Source: Piromyces finnis finn (lineage: Eukaryota; Fungi; Neocallimastigomycota). Taken from it: a DNA stretch of 64,000 nucleotides. The position numbers were made by a program, and so were the translations under genes. Location: contig MCFH01000036.1 in the NCBI GenBank assembly GCA_002104945.1, positions 1 through 64,000 on the forward strand, in the 5' to 3' direction. Positions 1-14,310 of the stretch are shown piece by piece; positions within the stretch are counted from its first letter, which is position 1, and each line of letters opens with the position of its first letter. The notes under the pieces were generated by a model. It saw only the letters and a program-made list of their open reading frames with translations, was not told the DNA's origin and searched no databases.

Positions 1-1021
1 ATTATTTATATTATATTATATTATATTTATTATATTATATTATATTATATTATATTATATTATATTATATTATATTATATTATATTATATTATATTATAT
101 TTATTATATTATATTATATTATATTATATTATATTATATTATATTATATTATATTATATTATATTATATTATATTATATTATATTATATTATATTATATT
201 ATATTATATTATATTATATTATATTATATTATATTATATTATATTATATTATATTATATTATATTATATTATATATATTATATTATATTATATTATATTA
301 TATTATATTATATTATATTATATTATATTATATTATATTATATTATATTATATTATATTATATTATATTATATTATATTATATTATATTATATTATATTA
401 TATTATATTATAATTATATTATATTATATTATATTATATTATATTATATATATTATATTATATTATATTAATTATATTATATTATATTATATTATATTAT
501 ATTATATTATATTATATTATATTATATTATATTATATTATATTATATATATTATATTATATTATATTATATTATATTATATTATATTATATTATATTATA
601 TTATATTATATTATATTATATTATATTATATTATATTATATTATATTATATATTATATTATATTATATTATATTATATTATATTATATTATATTATATTA
701 TATTATATTATATTATATTATATTATATTATATTATATTATATTATATTATATTATATTATATTATATTATATTATATTATATTATATTATATATTATAT
801 TATATTATATTATATTATATAATATTATATTATATTATATTATATTATATTATATTATATTATATTTATTATATTATATTATATTATATTATATTATATT
901 ATATTATATATTATATTATATTATATTATATTATATTATATTTATTATTTATATTATATTATATTATATTATATTATATTATATTATATTATATTATATA
1001 TATTATATTATATTATATTAT
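1..1021. repeat. ~1 kb (ATTAT)n pentanucleotide tandem array, runs off the window start
   Basis: Near-continuous ATTAT units with occasional 1-2 nt slips, read directly. Confidence 0.97.
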
Positions 1022-1837
1022 AAAAAATCATAAGATAAACTTAATAAAATAATAATTTATATTTTTATTAAAATTTTTTAATTTATAATATTTAAAGTTT
1101 AGTAATTATTAGGAATTATATAAATTTAACTTTATTTTAAATATTTTTAATAAATTGATAAAAATAATATTTTTAAATAACACATAAAATTTATGAATTT
1201 TTAATTTTTTTAAGATTAAATATATTTTTATTATTTACTAATAATAATTTAACATTTTTTAAATTATAAAAGAAATTATAATATTTTACAAAATTTAAAA
1301 TTTGAATAAAGTTTTTTATTAAATAATAAATATCCTCTTAAAATGAAACACTAAATTATTAAATATATATTAAAAGAAAATATTTTAATATATATTTAAT
1401 ATTGTAATAACCAATAAATTTACATCTCAATTGTTTAAATAAAAAAGGTTAATAATAAATTTAAATTGTAAAAAATAATTTATTTTAATTAATTATAAAA
1501 ATTTCTATTTATAAAATATTATATTATAATTTATTTTAATATTTATTTTTAATTCTCGAAAGAATTAAAATTAAATTTTAATATTCATAAATATAATAAA
1601 TATAATAAAGCAATAATCATAACATATTAAAATAAATTGAAAATAATTATTAATTTAAAAATAATTTATATACAAATACAATTAATTATATATAATTATA
1701 ATTAAATATTATGATTTTATCTTTATATTGAAATTTTGTATAAAAGAAATAAATTTTCTTTTAAAAAAAAATCATTATTATTTAATAATAATATTAATTT
1801 AAGTTTAATTTAAGTTTAATTTTTTTTTTAAAAAAAA

Positions 1838-3391
1838 ATGAACAGCTTTCAATTTTTAGTCGCTGTTACCGCCTCACTTGGTGGTCTTCTTTTTGGTTAT
1901 GAAGTTGGTGTTATGAATGTTGTTCTTGTTATGGACTCATTCCGTATTTTCTTCAGATTCCACGAATGGAAGGGAAAAGCTATTGATGAAGTTGGTGAAT
2001 CTACTGATGATGCCTCAAAGGCTATGTACCGTGATTTAGAAGAAAAAGGTAATAAGGCTTTCCTTGAAGGTGTTATTACTTCTAGTTTCGTTCTTGGTGC
2101 TCTTTGTGGTGCTCTTATGGCTACTTACCTTGGTGAAAAGTTTGGTCGTCAAAGAACCATTATGGTTGGTGCTTGTATCTTCACCTGTGGTGCTATTATT
2201 CAAGGTTCTTCTATCCGTTCCTCTGTTATGATTGCCATTGGTCGTCTTATCACTGGTCTTTCTATTGGTTGTAATGGTGTACTTTGCCCAACCTACATTT
2301 CAGAAGTTGCTCCATCTAACCTTAGAGGTACTCTTTCTTCTTGTTATCAACTTATGACTACTTTTGGTATTATTGTTGCTTCTCTTATCAATGCTCTTAT
2401 CTGGTACAAGACTAACCGTAAGCCAGAAGGTTTACTTTCTTTCACTAGAAAGGGTGATGAAGAAATCTCTAACCTTGAATGGAGATTAGCTCTTTTATTA
2501 CAAGTTGTTCCAGGTCTTGGTCTTGCTACTCTTATGTGCTTCGTTCCAAAGTCCCCAAGATGGTTATGTTCTAAGGATCGTGATGAAGAAGCTGTTGAAA
2601 TTCTTGCTAAGCTTAATGCCGCCTCTACTTCTGATGCTGTTGTTCAAGAAGAACTTAAGGCTATTCAAGAAGATGTTGCTGCTACTCGTGCTGCTGGTTC
2701 CTCTTCATTCGGTGAACTTTTCAGTTCCGTCATTCGTCGTCGTACTTTCATTACTTTCTTAATGCAACTTTTCCAACAATGGACTGGTATTAACGTTATT
2801 ATGTACTACCAAAGTCAAATTTACTCTGAAATGGGTTTCAACAAGGTTATGTCTACTGTTGTATTACCAAACGTCAACAACCTCGTTAACTTTGTTTCCA
2901 CCTTCCCAGGTATGTGGGGTATTGAAAGATTAGGTCGTAAGACTCTTTTAGTTATTGGTTCTCTTATGATGATGGTCTTCCATCTTTCTACTTGGGCTTG
3001 CTCTAAGTTAACTGGTGGTAAGAAGGATGCTAATGGTAAGTTCATTGAACAACCAATCAAGGGATGGCAATACGCTGCTGTTGCTTCCGTTTTCTTATTC
3101 GTATTCTCATTCGCTTGGACTTGGGGTCCAGTTCCATGGGTTTACCAAGCTGAAGTTTTCCCACTTCGTGTCAGAGTTAAGGGTTCTGCTGTTGGTACTG
3201 TCTCTAACTTCTTAAACAATTGGATTATTGGTTTTGTTGGTCCATTCCTCATGAAGAAATGGTCTACTAACACTTTCATTCTTTTTGCTGCTGCCAGTTT
3301 CCTCGCTTGGATTTACTCTCAATTCTACGTTATTGAATGTAAGGGTCTTACTCTTGAAGAAATGGATGCCAAGATGGCTGGTAAGGCTTAA
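1838..3391 (+). CDS. MFS sugar porter family transporter, 517 aa, intronless
   Basis: Motifs GGLLFGYE, GRQR, YISEVAPSNLRG, PKSPRWL, QLFQQWTGINVIMYY, ERLGRK, WGPVPWVYQAEVFP and KGLTLEEMD. Many hydrophobic helices. GC-richer, biased codon usage compared with the flanks. Confidence 0.96.
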   Translation: MNSFQFLVAVTASLGGLLFGYEVGVMNVVLVMDSFRIFFRFHEWKGKAIDEVGESTDDASKAMYRDLEEKGNKAFLEGVITSSFVLGALCGALMATYLGEKFGRQRTIMVGACIFTCGAIIQGSSIRSSVMIAIGRLITGLSIGCNGVLCPTYISEVAPSNLRGTLSSCYQLMTTFGIIVASLINALIWYKTNRKPEGLLSFTRKGDEEISNLEWRLALLLQVVPGLGLATLMCFVPKSPRWLCSKDRDEEAVEILAKLNAASTSDAVVQEELKAIQEDVAATRAAGSSSFGELFSSVIRRRTFITFLMQLFQQWTGINVIMYYQSQIYSEMGFNKVMSTVVLPNVNNLVNFVSTFPGMWGIERLGRKTLLVIGSLMMMVFHLSTWACSKLTGGKKDANGKFIEQPIKGWQYAAVASVFLFVFSFAWTWGPVPWVYQAEVFPLRVRVKGSAVGTVSNFLNNWIIGFVGPFLMKKWSTNTFILFAAASFLAWIYSQFYVIECKGLTLEEMDAKMAGKA

Positions 3392-3902
3392 ACGCACTAT
3401 TGAATGAAATCGTAAAATAAAAAGTTTATTATTGTTAATATTCCAATAATAAGCGACAATCCTTAATTGAAAGTTTTTTTTTTTTAATGATTGCAAGTCC
3501 TCATTGTATGAGGATAATAATAAATAAGAAAATTAAAATAAAAAAATTGTAATAGTAATAATAGGATAAGAAAATAGAACTTAATAAATTATAGAAAATA
3601 ATAAATAATTTCTACATAAATTAAAAAGAAAAAACCTAAATATAAATTAATGTAAAGCTTAATTTTAATTGGTTTAATTAAAAAATAATAAATTTGTAAA
3701 ATAAAAATAAATAGATAAACCTTTATTATTTAAGGGATTTATATAAAAGGTTATTTATTGTTGAAAGATTTGTAGTTGTTAAAGAAAATGGTAGTCATTC
3801 TTTTTTTTTTTCCTTCTCCTTTTTTATTTTTATTTAAATTGTATTGTTAAAGCGATGATATTATTCCCCTTTAATATCGTATTGTTATGTGTTGAAAATT
3901 TA

Positions 3903-5785
3903 ATGCCTTTTCAACTTATGTACTTGCTGGAACATCAATGGCTGGAACCCTGAGAAAAAGGACGGTGTTTTATACTTCATCTCTGTTTTCAAACCTGTAT
4001 GTGTCTTCCTTCAAGAATTAGGTAACAGCCAATTCCTCTGTGGTAATGCAATTTCCTCCCCATGCCTACTGAACTATAAACCAGTACACAGACGTGCTAA
4101 TCCTAAAGTTCCAGGTATGGGAGGACTTTATATTGGTGTTCATAACTCTTGTTCCTTTACTCCTGAACCTCTTCTATATAAGTACATCATTTCACTTATC
4201 TTGGAATCCCATTCGACGAAGATCTTTCTTTGACTCCTATTCTGTCTAATATGTACAAAAAAGTTCAGACATCTTTATTCTCTTTTAAGAACTTCCTCAC
4301 CAACAATTGTGTTCCTATTGGGTTAAAAAATATAGTGATTCATTCTTATATTTTAAGCAAAGTCTCTTATTACGCTCCTTTGCTTGATTCCAACAAAAAT
4401 AGAACTAGAAGAGTCCAATCTCTTATCAATACTGCTGTTTTATGGAGTGTCAATAGCTTTCACAATAAAAGTTTTAATAACAAAGATTTTGTTTTTGAAC
4501 GAAATTCATTTATTAGTCTGTATGCTCTTACAAGAGATATGAAGATTCCTACCCTTTCAAGTATTTGTGCTGCGCAACAAGTGAAATGCTTTATTAAATG
4601 GAGAAAATCAAATTGTATTATTAAAGATCTTGTCCGATCTATTCCTCCCATGTCTCATTACTCTTGGGCCAAAGAATCTTGTTCACTACATAAAAAGCTT
4701 ATGAAAATAAATATTAAAAGTACTAAAAATATTAGAGAATATTATTGGAATAATAGTAGCCTAAATAATGGAAGTAAAGCCCTCAGATATACTAACAACA
4801 AATTCCTTAATTCAAATCGCCTAATGCATATCGGTCTCAACAAACCTCACTTAAATTTAGGAATTACCTGGATTATTCGTATTCGATGCGGTTATGAAAA
4901 TACTACCCGAATTGCTATTGCCAGTAATAGAGTTACTCCTGACTGCCCTCGTGTCTGTCCATGTTGCGGATATGACGAACAATCTTTTTATCATTGGATA
5001 TTAGAATGTTCTGCATTCTCTGAATACAGAGCTTCTTCACTTAGCTTTCTTGACGATCTTTTTACCCTTTTTTACAATAAATATAAGAATCAATTCATCA
5101 CTTACTTACTCCCCGAAACGGAAGTAAGAAAAACAATTTATAACTATATTTTTACGTTCCTTCTTGGTGGAACTTTAGCTTATGATGAGCTACAAATCGA
5201 TAAGGCGGAACAAAGACATTTGAATGAACAGCTTTACAGTTCATCGGGTCTCATGTTCCATATGTAGAGGGTCTCGCGGCTTTTCTTACTAAAACAATCC
5301 CTATCATTAGTAGCTCTATGAAGCTACTTTTTGATAGGTTTAGTAAGACACCTAACGTAATCAAGAGCGCCGACGTCGTACCGATATGGCAAAGGAACAT
5401 TCCCAATGTTCCGTACACAGGGTTCAATGTTAGTATTTCCTCAAATTCGAATGAAAACATTATGAACTCATGGGAGAGTTTAGTAGACACCACACTATCA
5501 TACCTGATGTTACTTTTTTTTTTTTATTTCATTTAATTTATTAGGTAGGGACCAATCCCACACAGTACAAATTGCAGAGTTCATTGAACTTTTATGCAAC
5601 TTAAATAATTATTTTATATTATTTTATATTTATATTTTTATTTATATATATTTTATTATTTTTATTTATTATTTATTATATCAATATGTATTATCACCTA
5701 ATATTATGTAATATCACTAATTAAATAAATAAATTAATAAAAGATGTGTATTCTCTTCCTAGTCAAAAAAAAAAAAAAAAAAAAA
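3903..5785 (+). mobile_element. APE-type non-LTR retrotransposon (LINE) derivative, internally deleted (no RT core), with 3' UTR and poly(A)
   Basis: Frame +1 from 3904 reads CTCWNINGWN...FLQE...GGLYIGV (AP-endonuclease N-terminus). Frame +3 from ~4194 reads TYLGIPFD (RT thumb), then CPCCG...HWILEC (zinc knuckle). Frameshifts near 3909-3912 and ~5247. A-tail at 5765-5785. Confidence 0.9.
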
Positions 5786-6399
5786 TATTTGTTTTTCAAA
5801 AAAAAAATAAGATTTATTCATTTATTTTCTGGATTAATAATAATAAAAAAAAGATTATAAAGATATTTTAAAACAAATAAGCAAACAAATACTATTTAAT
5901 AATAATGTATAAAGGATAATAATATAATATAATATAATATAATAATACTTTTTAATAATAATAAACTTTTTATAATTTTAAAAAATTTAAAACTTTTTTT
6001 TTTTTATAAATAAAACTTTAAAATATATTTAAATTCATTTTTATTCTTATTGGAAAACTTTAAAAAATAGTTTTACTTTTTTTTTTTTTTTTAATTAAAA
6101 TAACGTTTGGTCCTCTTTTTTTTTTAAAGTATAAATAAACCGCAAAAAAGATAATTAAAAAATGTACAATGAAAAAATAAAAATTTTAATTAAATTTGTT
6201 TTAAATATTCTTTTTTTTTTTTTATTTTTATTTTTTTTTTTACAATAAAAAGGCATTGTTATTATTATAACTAGAAATCATTTATTATATTTTGATTCCT
6301 ATTTATAATCATTTCAAGTATAGATTAATCACTATTTTTTTTTTTAACTTTATTAAAATAATATATAAATACACTAGTATTTTATTAATTAATTAATTA

Positions 6400-6565
<166 letters not shown>

Positions 6566-7314
6566 AAACACTTTTTTTTATTAATAATACTAATTCGTCT
6601 CCATTAAAGGTAAAAAAAAAAAAAAAAAGAATGAAAAATATTTTAATTATTACTATTTATTATTTATTTACATAAGGATTATTCCCTTATTAGTGAGTAA
6701 CACAATGAAAAAACGTGGGCAATAGAATAATTATTTTTAAATTAAATATATTAAATTTTGTATTTTTTTGTAGTTATTATTTAATGAATTATATACATTT
6801 ATATACTTTAATACTACTAAAAACTAATAAGGCTAATAATATTGTTAATAGTATTTATTATTATATACCTATTACTGTATTGTATTTAATTATTATTAAA
6901 ATAAATATTATAAAAAACTCTTTTTTTTTTAAAAAATAATATAATATAATAATAAAAGTCTTTTTTAATGTAACATAAAATTTTATTTTTCATCTATTAT
7001 TAATTAAAGCGGAAGATACCACACCATTAAATCATCCTAAATAATATAAATATTTATAATAATAGAAATTAAAATTTAATAAAAATTAAAGTTTTTTTAT
7101 TTTTAAGTGTTAATTAATGCTGGGTAAAAAATAATATTTATATTATTTATATTATAATAATAAAATGAGTTTTTTTTTTATTTTTAATTTTGGGTTTAGG
7201 AAAACAGTTTCATTTTGTAAAAAAAAATGTATATAAAAGAATAAAAATATTCTTTTATTTTATAATTTATTATTATTATTATTTTTATTTAATTGTAATA
7301 TAAAATATATCAAT

Positions 7315-9362
<2,048 letters not shown>

Positions 9363-9952
9363 TCAATATAATATATATGCTATACTATATTATACTATAC
9401 TATAGTTTATATATTATCATCAACTACTTCATGATTATTATAATAATTATGAATTATGAAGCTTTTTAATTAAATAGATATAAAATAATTCAATTTTATT
9501 ACAAAAATACTATATATTTTATGTAATAATGGTAATAACGATCATAATAAACTATCTTTTATTTTACATTTAGAATTAATACCTATATAGAGAAGTTTTA
9601 AATTATTGTTCTAATAACATATTTCTGTCCTTGTTAAATATGTAATTAAAAATAATATTTTATATTCTTTTATATATTATTATATATAAATAGTAATTTT
9701 TTTTTAAACTTTTGTTTTAAATAAATAAAAGTAAAAGGTATTAATATATATATATAAAATGTAAAATATATATATATATGATATATCTTTTTTTATTATT
9801 GTGGAAAAGGCTATTTTTTTTAAAAAAATATTAATTTATAATGCTTTTTGTCTGACTTTAAATAAAAGAAAATGGATAATAAATAAAAAATTTCATCATT
9901 TAGTATTACTTGATTTAGAAAACATGTATATTATGTTAAACAATTTATTCCT

Positions 9953-10617
9953 TTTTTCATAATAAATATAAAAATCAATTTATCACTTACTTTCTGACGT
10001 GGAAGTAAGAAAAATAGTTTATAACTTTATTTTAACGTTCCTTCTTGGTGGAATTTTAGCTTATAATGAGCTACAAATCGATAAGTTGGAGCAAAGATAT
10101 TTGAATGAACAGCTTTTCAGTTCAGCTCATGCTCCATATGTAGAGGGTCTCGCGGCTTTTCGTACTAAAACAATCCCTATTATCAGTAGCTCAATGAAAC
10201 TACTTTTTGATGGGTTTAGTAAGACACCTAACGTAATCAAGAGTGCTGACGTCGTACCGATATGGTAAAGGAACATTCCTAATATTCGGTACACAGGGTT
10301 TAATGTTAGTATTTTCTTTAATGAAAACATTACGAGCTCATAAAAGAGTTTACTGGACACCATCCAATCCTACCTGATGTTACTTTTCTTTTTTATTTCA
10401 TTTAATTTATTAAGTAGGAATCAATCGCCTTGAGCTTTTATAAAACTTATTTTATATATATATATATATTATTATTATTATTTTATTATTATTATTTTTA
10501 ATAACTAGCAAATTAATTTGTACTGTACTATCAGTTAATAATGTAAATTCACAAATTAAATAAAGAAATAGTGTATTCTCTTCCTAATCTAATAAAAAAA
10601 AAAAAAAAAAAAAAAAA
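9953..10617 (+). mobile_element. 5'-truncated copy of the same LINE family as 3903-5785
   Basis: Colinear with ~5083-5785 (e.g. GGAAGTAAGAAAA, GAGCTACAAATCGATAAG, GACGTCGTACCGATATGG). Shares the terminal GTGTATTCTCTTCCTA plus poly(A). In-frame TAA stops at ~10266 and ~10341. Confidence 0.92.
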
Positions 10618-10956
10618 CACCATTTAATATCAACTAAAACTTAAAAATTATGAGACATTTTCTTTTTATTTTTATAATTCAATTGGCTGAAAACACTTTA
10701 CTAAATAAAATACTTTATTTTTACTTTTTTAAATGACTTTATTTATAATTATTTTTCTTTAATAGATATTAATATTTAATATTTTTTTTACATAATTACA
10801 TTTTACATACATATATATATTCAATCAATATTTATATATACGTATATGCATTTTTAAATTTCTTATTTTTTTAATCCTTTTTTAATATTTACGTATTAAA
10901 ATAGTTACTTTTTATTAATAAGTAATTCTTCTTTAACCTTTAATTCACATTTTAAT

Positions 10957-11315
10957 TTAAAGGTAGTGTAATAAACCAAGAGAAATACCAATGAAGGCTG
11001 CTCCTAATCTAACAGTAGTAGATTTAGCATCACTAGATTGAGCATGTGCTTTAACACATTCATTCTTCTTTAATTCTTCAGACATTGATTTTAATTCTGC
11101 ATTAGCAGAATTCATATTTTTGCCAAATTCTTCACTTGTTGCAACTTCGGTTATATGGTCATAATACTTTGTATATGTATCAATGAAAGCAACTGCACTA
11201 TCAGTACATTTTCTAGATGCACAACTTTCTTTAACTAAATTACTTTTTTCTCGTACTTTCCAAAAGTAGAACCAACAGCTAATAAAGCAAATAAAGAAAC
11301 AGTTGAAAATTTCAT
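10957..11315 (-). CDS. Small secreted, probably GPI-anchored protein (~119 aa) with a 1-nt frameshift, missing from the ORF track
   Basis: MKFSTVSLFALLAVGSTFG signal peptide. One extra A in the A6 run (plus strand 11244-11249) joins it to SNLVKESCASRKC...CVKAHAQSSDAKSTTVRLGAAFIGISLGLLHYL*, which has a small-residue omega region and a hydrophobic tail. Confidence 0.75.
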
Positions 11316-13304
11316 CTTGATCGTTTTTACAAATAATAATAATATTTTTTTTTTAAATTTAAAACTTGTTTATTTTTTAAATTTGTTAATTGTTTTTGTT
11401 TTAGTTTTTGTTTTTTAGGATTTAAATTTGCGAATATTTCTTTCCTATTTATACTTTTTTTCAAAATTTACAAAATTTACAATGAATATAATTGATAAAG
11501 TTAAATAATAAATGTTTTACTTCCTTGAAATTTTATTATTTTCTTATTTATTTATTTTGATTATCACTTTACAACAATAGCCTTTTACATTCTAAATTTT
11601 CTAAGAACCTTCATTTAATATACGCTTTGACTATGATTTGATTATGAACTTTTCCTCTAATTAATTAAATTAATCAGCCTTTTATCTTATTCGTCAAATA
11701 ATATATTTGTTAAATTAAGTTAAAAGCCTTTTTTCAATTAAAGTATCATTATTATCAGGGGTTTGGCGAATAGGTTGAATTATTTTATTATTAAATAAGG
11801 TTTGATAAAAATTTAGAAAAGACAATAATAGAAATTTATTTAAAAATTTTACACAAGACTCTTTTATTAATAATTTAAGTTTAAAATTATATTTGATCTT
11901 TTATTAACATTGAAAAGTGGACTTTTTATAAGTCAGAATAATAAAAAGGTTTTTATAGAATTTGAAAATAATTCTCAATTGAAGCTTAACTAATTATTTT
12001 TTCTTTAACTATTTATACTAAAGCTTCAATTGAGGCTTTACAATTATTTTAATTTTTTATTAATAATAATTACTAATAATTACTAATTAAATAAAAATAA
12101 TTAATAATAAAGATTATAAAATTAATATTACTTCGAGAAGGTGTTATAATTCTTTTACTAAACTAAACTATTTATTCTTCTAAATTTTTCTATTTATTAC
12201 TAATAACTAATTTATTAATAATTAAGATTCTTCTACAAAAATTATTTTATTATTTAATATTAATTAAAGTTAATTATAACAAAAGAATTTTCTTAACGTA
12301 ATGTAACGTATTGATACATTATATTAAATTGGATTCTTCTTTCATTTGCTATTTAATTTAGAAAATAAATTAAAAAAAAAAAAATGTTTGTACAAAAATG
12401 TACATTGTATATAAAATTGTATTACATAATGTAACTAAAATGTAATTATAATTACATTTTAGTTTTAATATAACAATAATATAAAAACTAAAAAGGAATA
12501 TTAATGATAGTCAGGTCATTCGCCTTTTGTTTTGGCTTTTTGATTCAACACTTTTTGCAAACAAAGAAAAAAAAAAGTTAATAAAAAGATAAAATATTAA
12601 ATAGGATATTCCACAGCATTTCAAGGTTTCAATAAGAAAAATTTCTGTATAAATAAATTTAATATTGATAAAAGTAAAAAAAAGAAACTAATAATAAAAG
12701 CTACTTATCCTTAACTATTGTTTATTGAGGATAAGTACAAAAAATAAACCAAAAGTATTTTTTTATAAAATTGATTATATTTAATATTATAGATTTTGGT
12801 TTAATATTGTAAACAAAAACTATATATTATATGTTAAATATTATATTTATATTTATTAGTAGCTAGAAAGCTAATCTCAGTTTATAAAAAGTGAGTATTG
12901 TATAACAATATAGCAATTAGCACTTAAAATGTTACTCTGGCCATGAATTATTGCCATATTTCAAAAAAAAATATTCCCCTTTCAAAGTAATTATATAACA
13001 AGCTCTAAATGAATGTAAATATGTTTGAATAGACATTCTTGGTCCTTTGATTAATATTTTAAATATTTTGGAACATTGACCATTATTAGCCAATAACTTT
13101 AGATAAAGTTTTGGTTAGAAATTTTAAAATAAATCTCTGTTTAATTAGATACTTTAAAATATCGACATTTCTTTTTAACACTATTTTGTTAAAAAAAAAA
13201 AAGTAATAATATATTCAGTATATTCTAGTCTGTTTTAAATATAAAAATAATAAAGTATTATTATTTTAGAATAATAATAAATTTATTTATTTAAATTTAA
13301 AATA

Positions 13305-14310
13305 AAACTAGAAACAATAAATAATATCAAGAGAAAAGATTATGATATAGATGAATTTATTAAAAGGATTAAAATCTACCGTAAGCTCATAGATTGCATC
13401 CATAAAAGATGTAATGAATTTAGGAAACAAGAATATCTTCATTGGATTAAAACAGGATGTGAATGTATGAAGAGTTATAATCCTGAGAAGGCTTGGAAAT
13501 GGATAAAGAAAAATGCAAAAATTGGAAAAGATTCTTTCTTTATTGCTCAACCAATTAAAAATAAAAATGGAGAATTAGTTGTTGCTATGGAAGAACAACT
13601 AGAAGTGTAGCATAATCATTTCGAAAACCTTGCATCAGATCCAAGTAGGGTAAGTCTTGATTTGGAGCATTGGTATGAAGAACCAACGAATAAACGTTTT
13701 TCACTCCCTATGCTTGATGAATGGGATATCAACCAAAATATTAGTATTGATGAAGTCAAGTCAGCTATCCTCTCTACTCCAAATTATAAAGCATCAGGTC
13801 CGGATGGTATTCCAATTGAATTTTACAAAGCATTAATTCCATCAAGTAATGATTCTAATAATGCTACAGGTAATAATTCTTCTGGTAGAGTTGCAAAAGC
13901 TGCTAAATTTGTTGATCCAGCTTGTCCTAACTACTATCCATGTTGCAAGTGTGGTGTTCAAAGTATTAAGCATTGGTTATTAGATTATCCAACATTTAGA
14001 GATATCCGTATTAAACATTATGATTCCATAGTCCAGCTATTAAATTTTTTCAGTCAACGTAATTCTAACAGTCCTATCAATAATAATGAAAATGTTAATA
14101 TCAGTAGAGATGGTAATAATATTAATAATAATAGTAACAATAGTTTTATATTCACTTTGTGTAACATTTTTATTCTGTTTTTTTTTTAAAAAAAAAAGTT
14201 TTGTTTTTAATTTATTTATATTAATTTTTTTTAATTTAATTTGATTAAAGTTTTATTTGTAGTTGTGGTAGGATGGTGCACAAAAAAAAAAAAAAAAAAA
14301 AAAAAAAAAA
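13305..14310 (+). mobile_element. Second, divergent LINE relic: linker plus RT N-terminus fused in frame to the C-terminal zinc knuckle
   Basis: Frame +3 from 13305 reads ...AWKWIKK...EQLEV*HNHF (TAG at 13608), ISIDEVKSAI, KASGPDGIPIEFYK (13788-), then directly RVAKAA...CPNYYPCCKC...HWLLDYP. An A-run at ~14282-14310 is a possible tail. Confidence 0.85.

Noticed and set aside
1-1021. Telomere or CRISPR interpretation of the tandem array
   Set aside because: There is no G-rich telomeric unit and no repeat-spacer structure.
4460-4651. Antisense shadow ORFs over real coding regions (e.g. 2821-3060, 13308-13550, 28789-29028, 30062-30340)
   Set aside because: They overlap well-supported frames and have no independent motifs or second-copy conservation.
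3830-5800. Target-site duplications around the LINE copies
   Set aside because: No convincing direct repeat was found by eye for any of the three elements, and the flanks are low complexity.
6715-6939. Short AT-rich ORFs (also 27167-27469, 49637-49828, 51884-52105, 59620-59805, 61133-61363)
   Set aside because: Their F/I/L/Y/K/N composition is typical of noncoding AT-rich DNA, and one lies antisense to the kinase gene.
11750-12180. Ty3/gypsy-like words on the minus strand (IITPSRS, QPIRQTP)
   Set aside because: They are in the wrong order for a pol gene, with many stops and no RT or integrase motif.
12870-13190. Possible ankyrin fragments on the minus strand (NVDILKYLIK, MAIIHGQSNIL)
   Set aside because: Too short and interrupted to separate from chance in AT-rich DNA.
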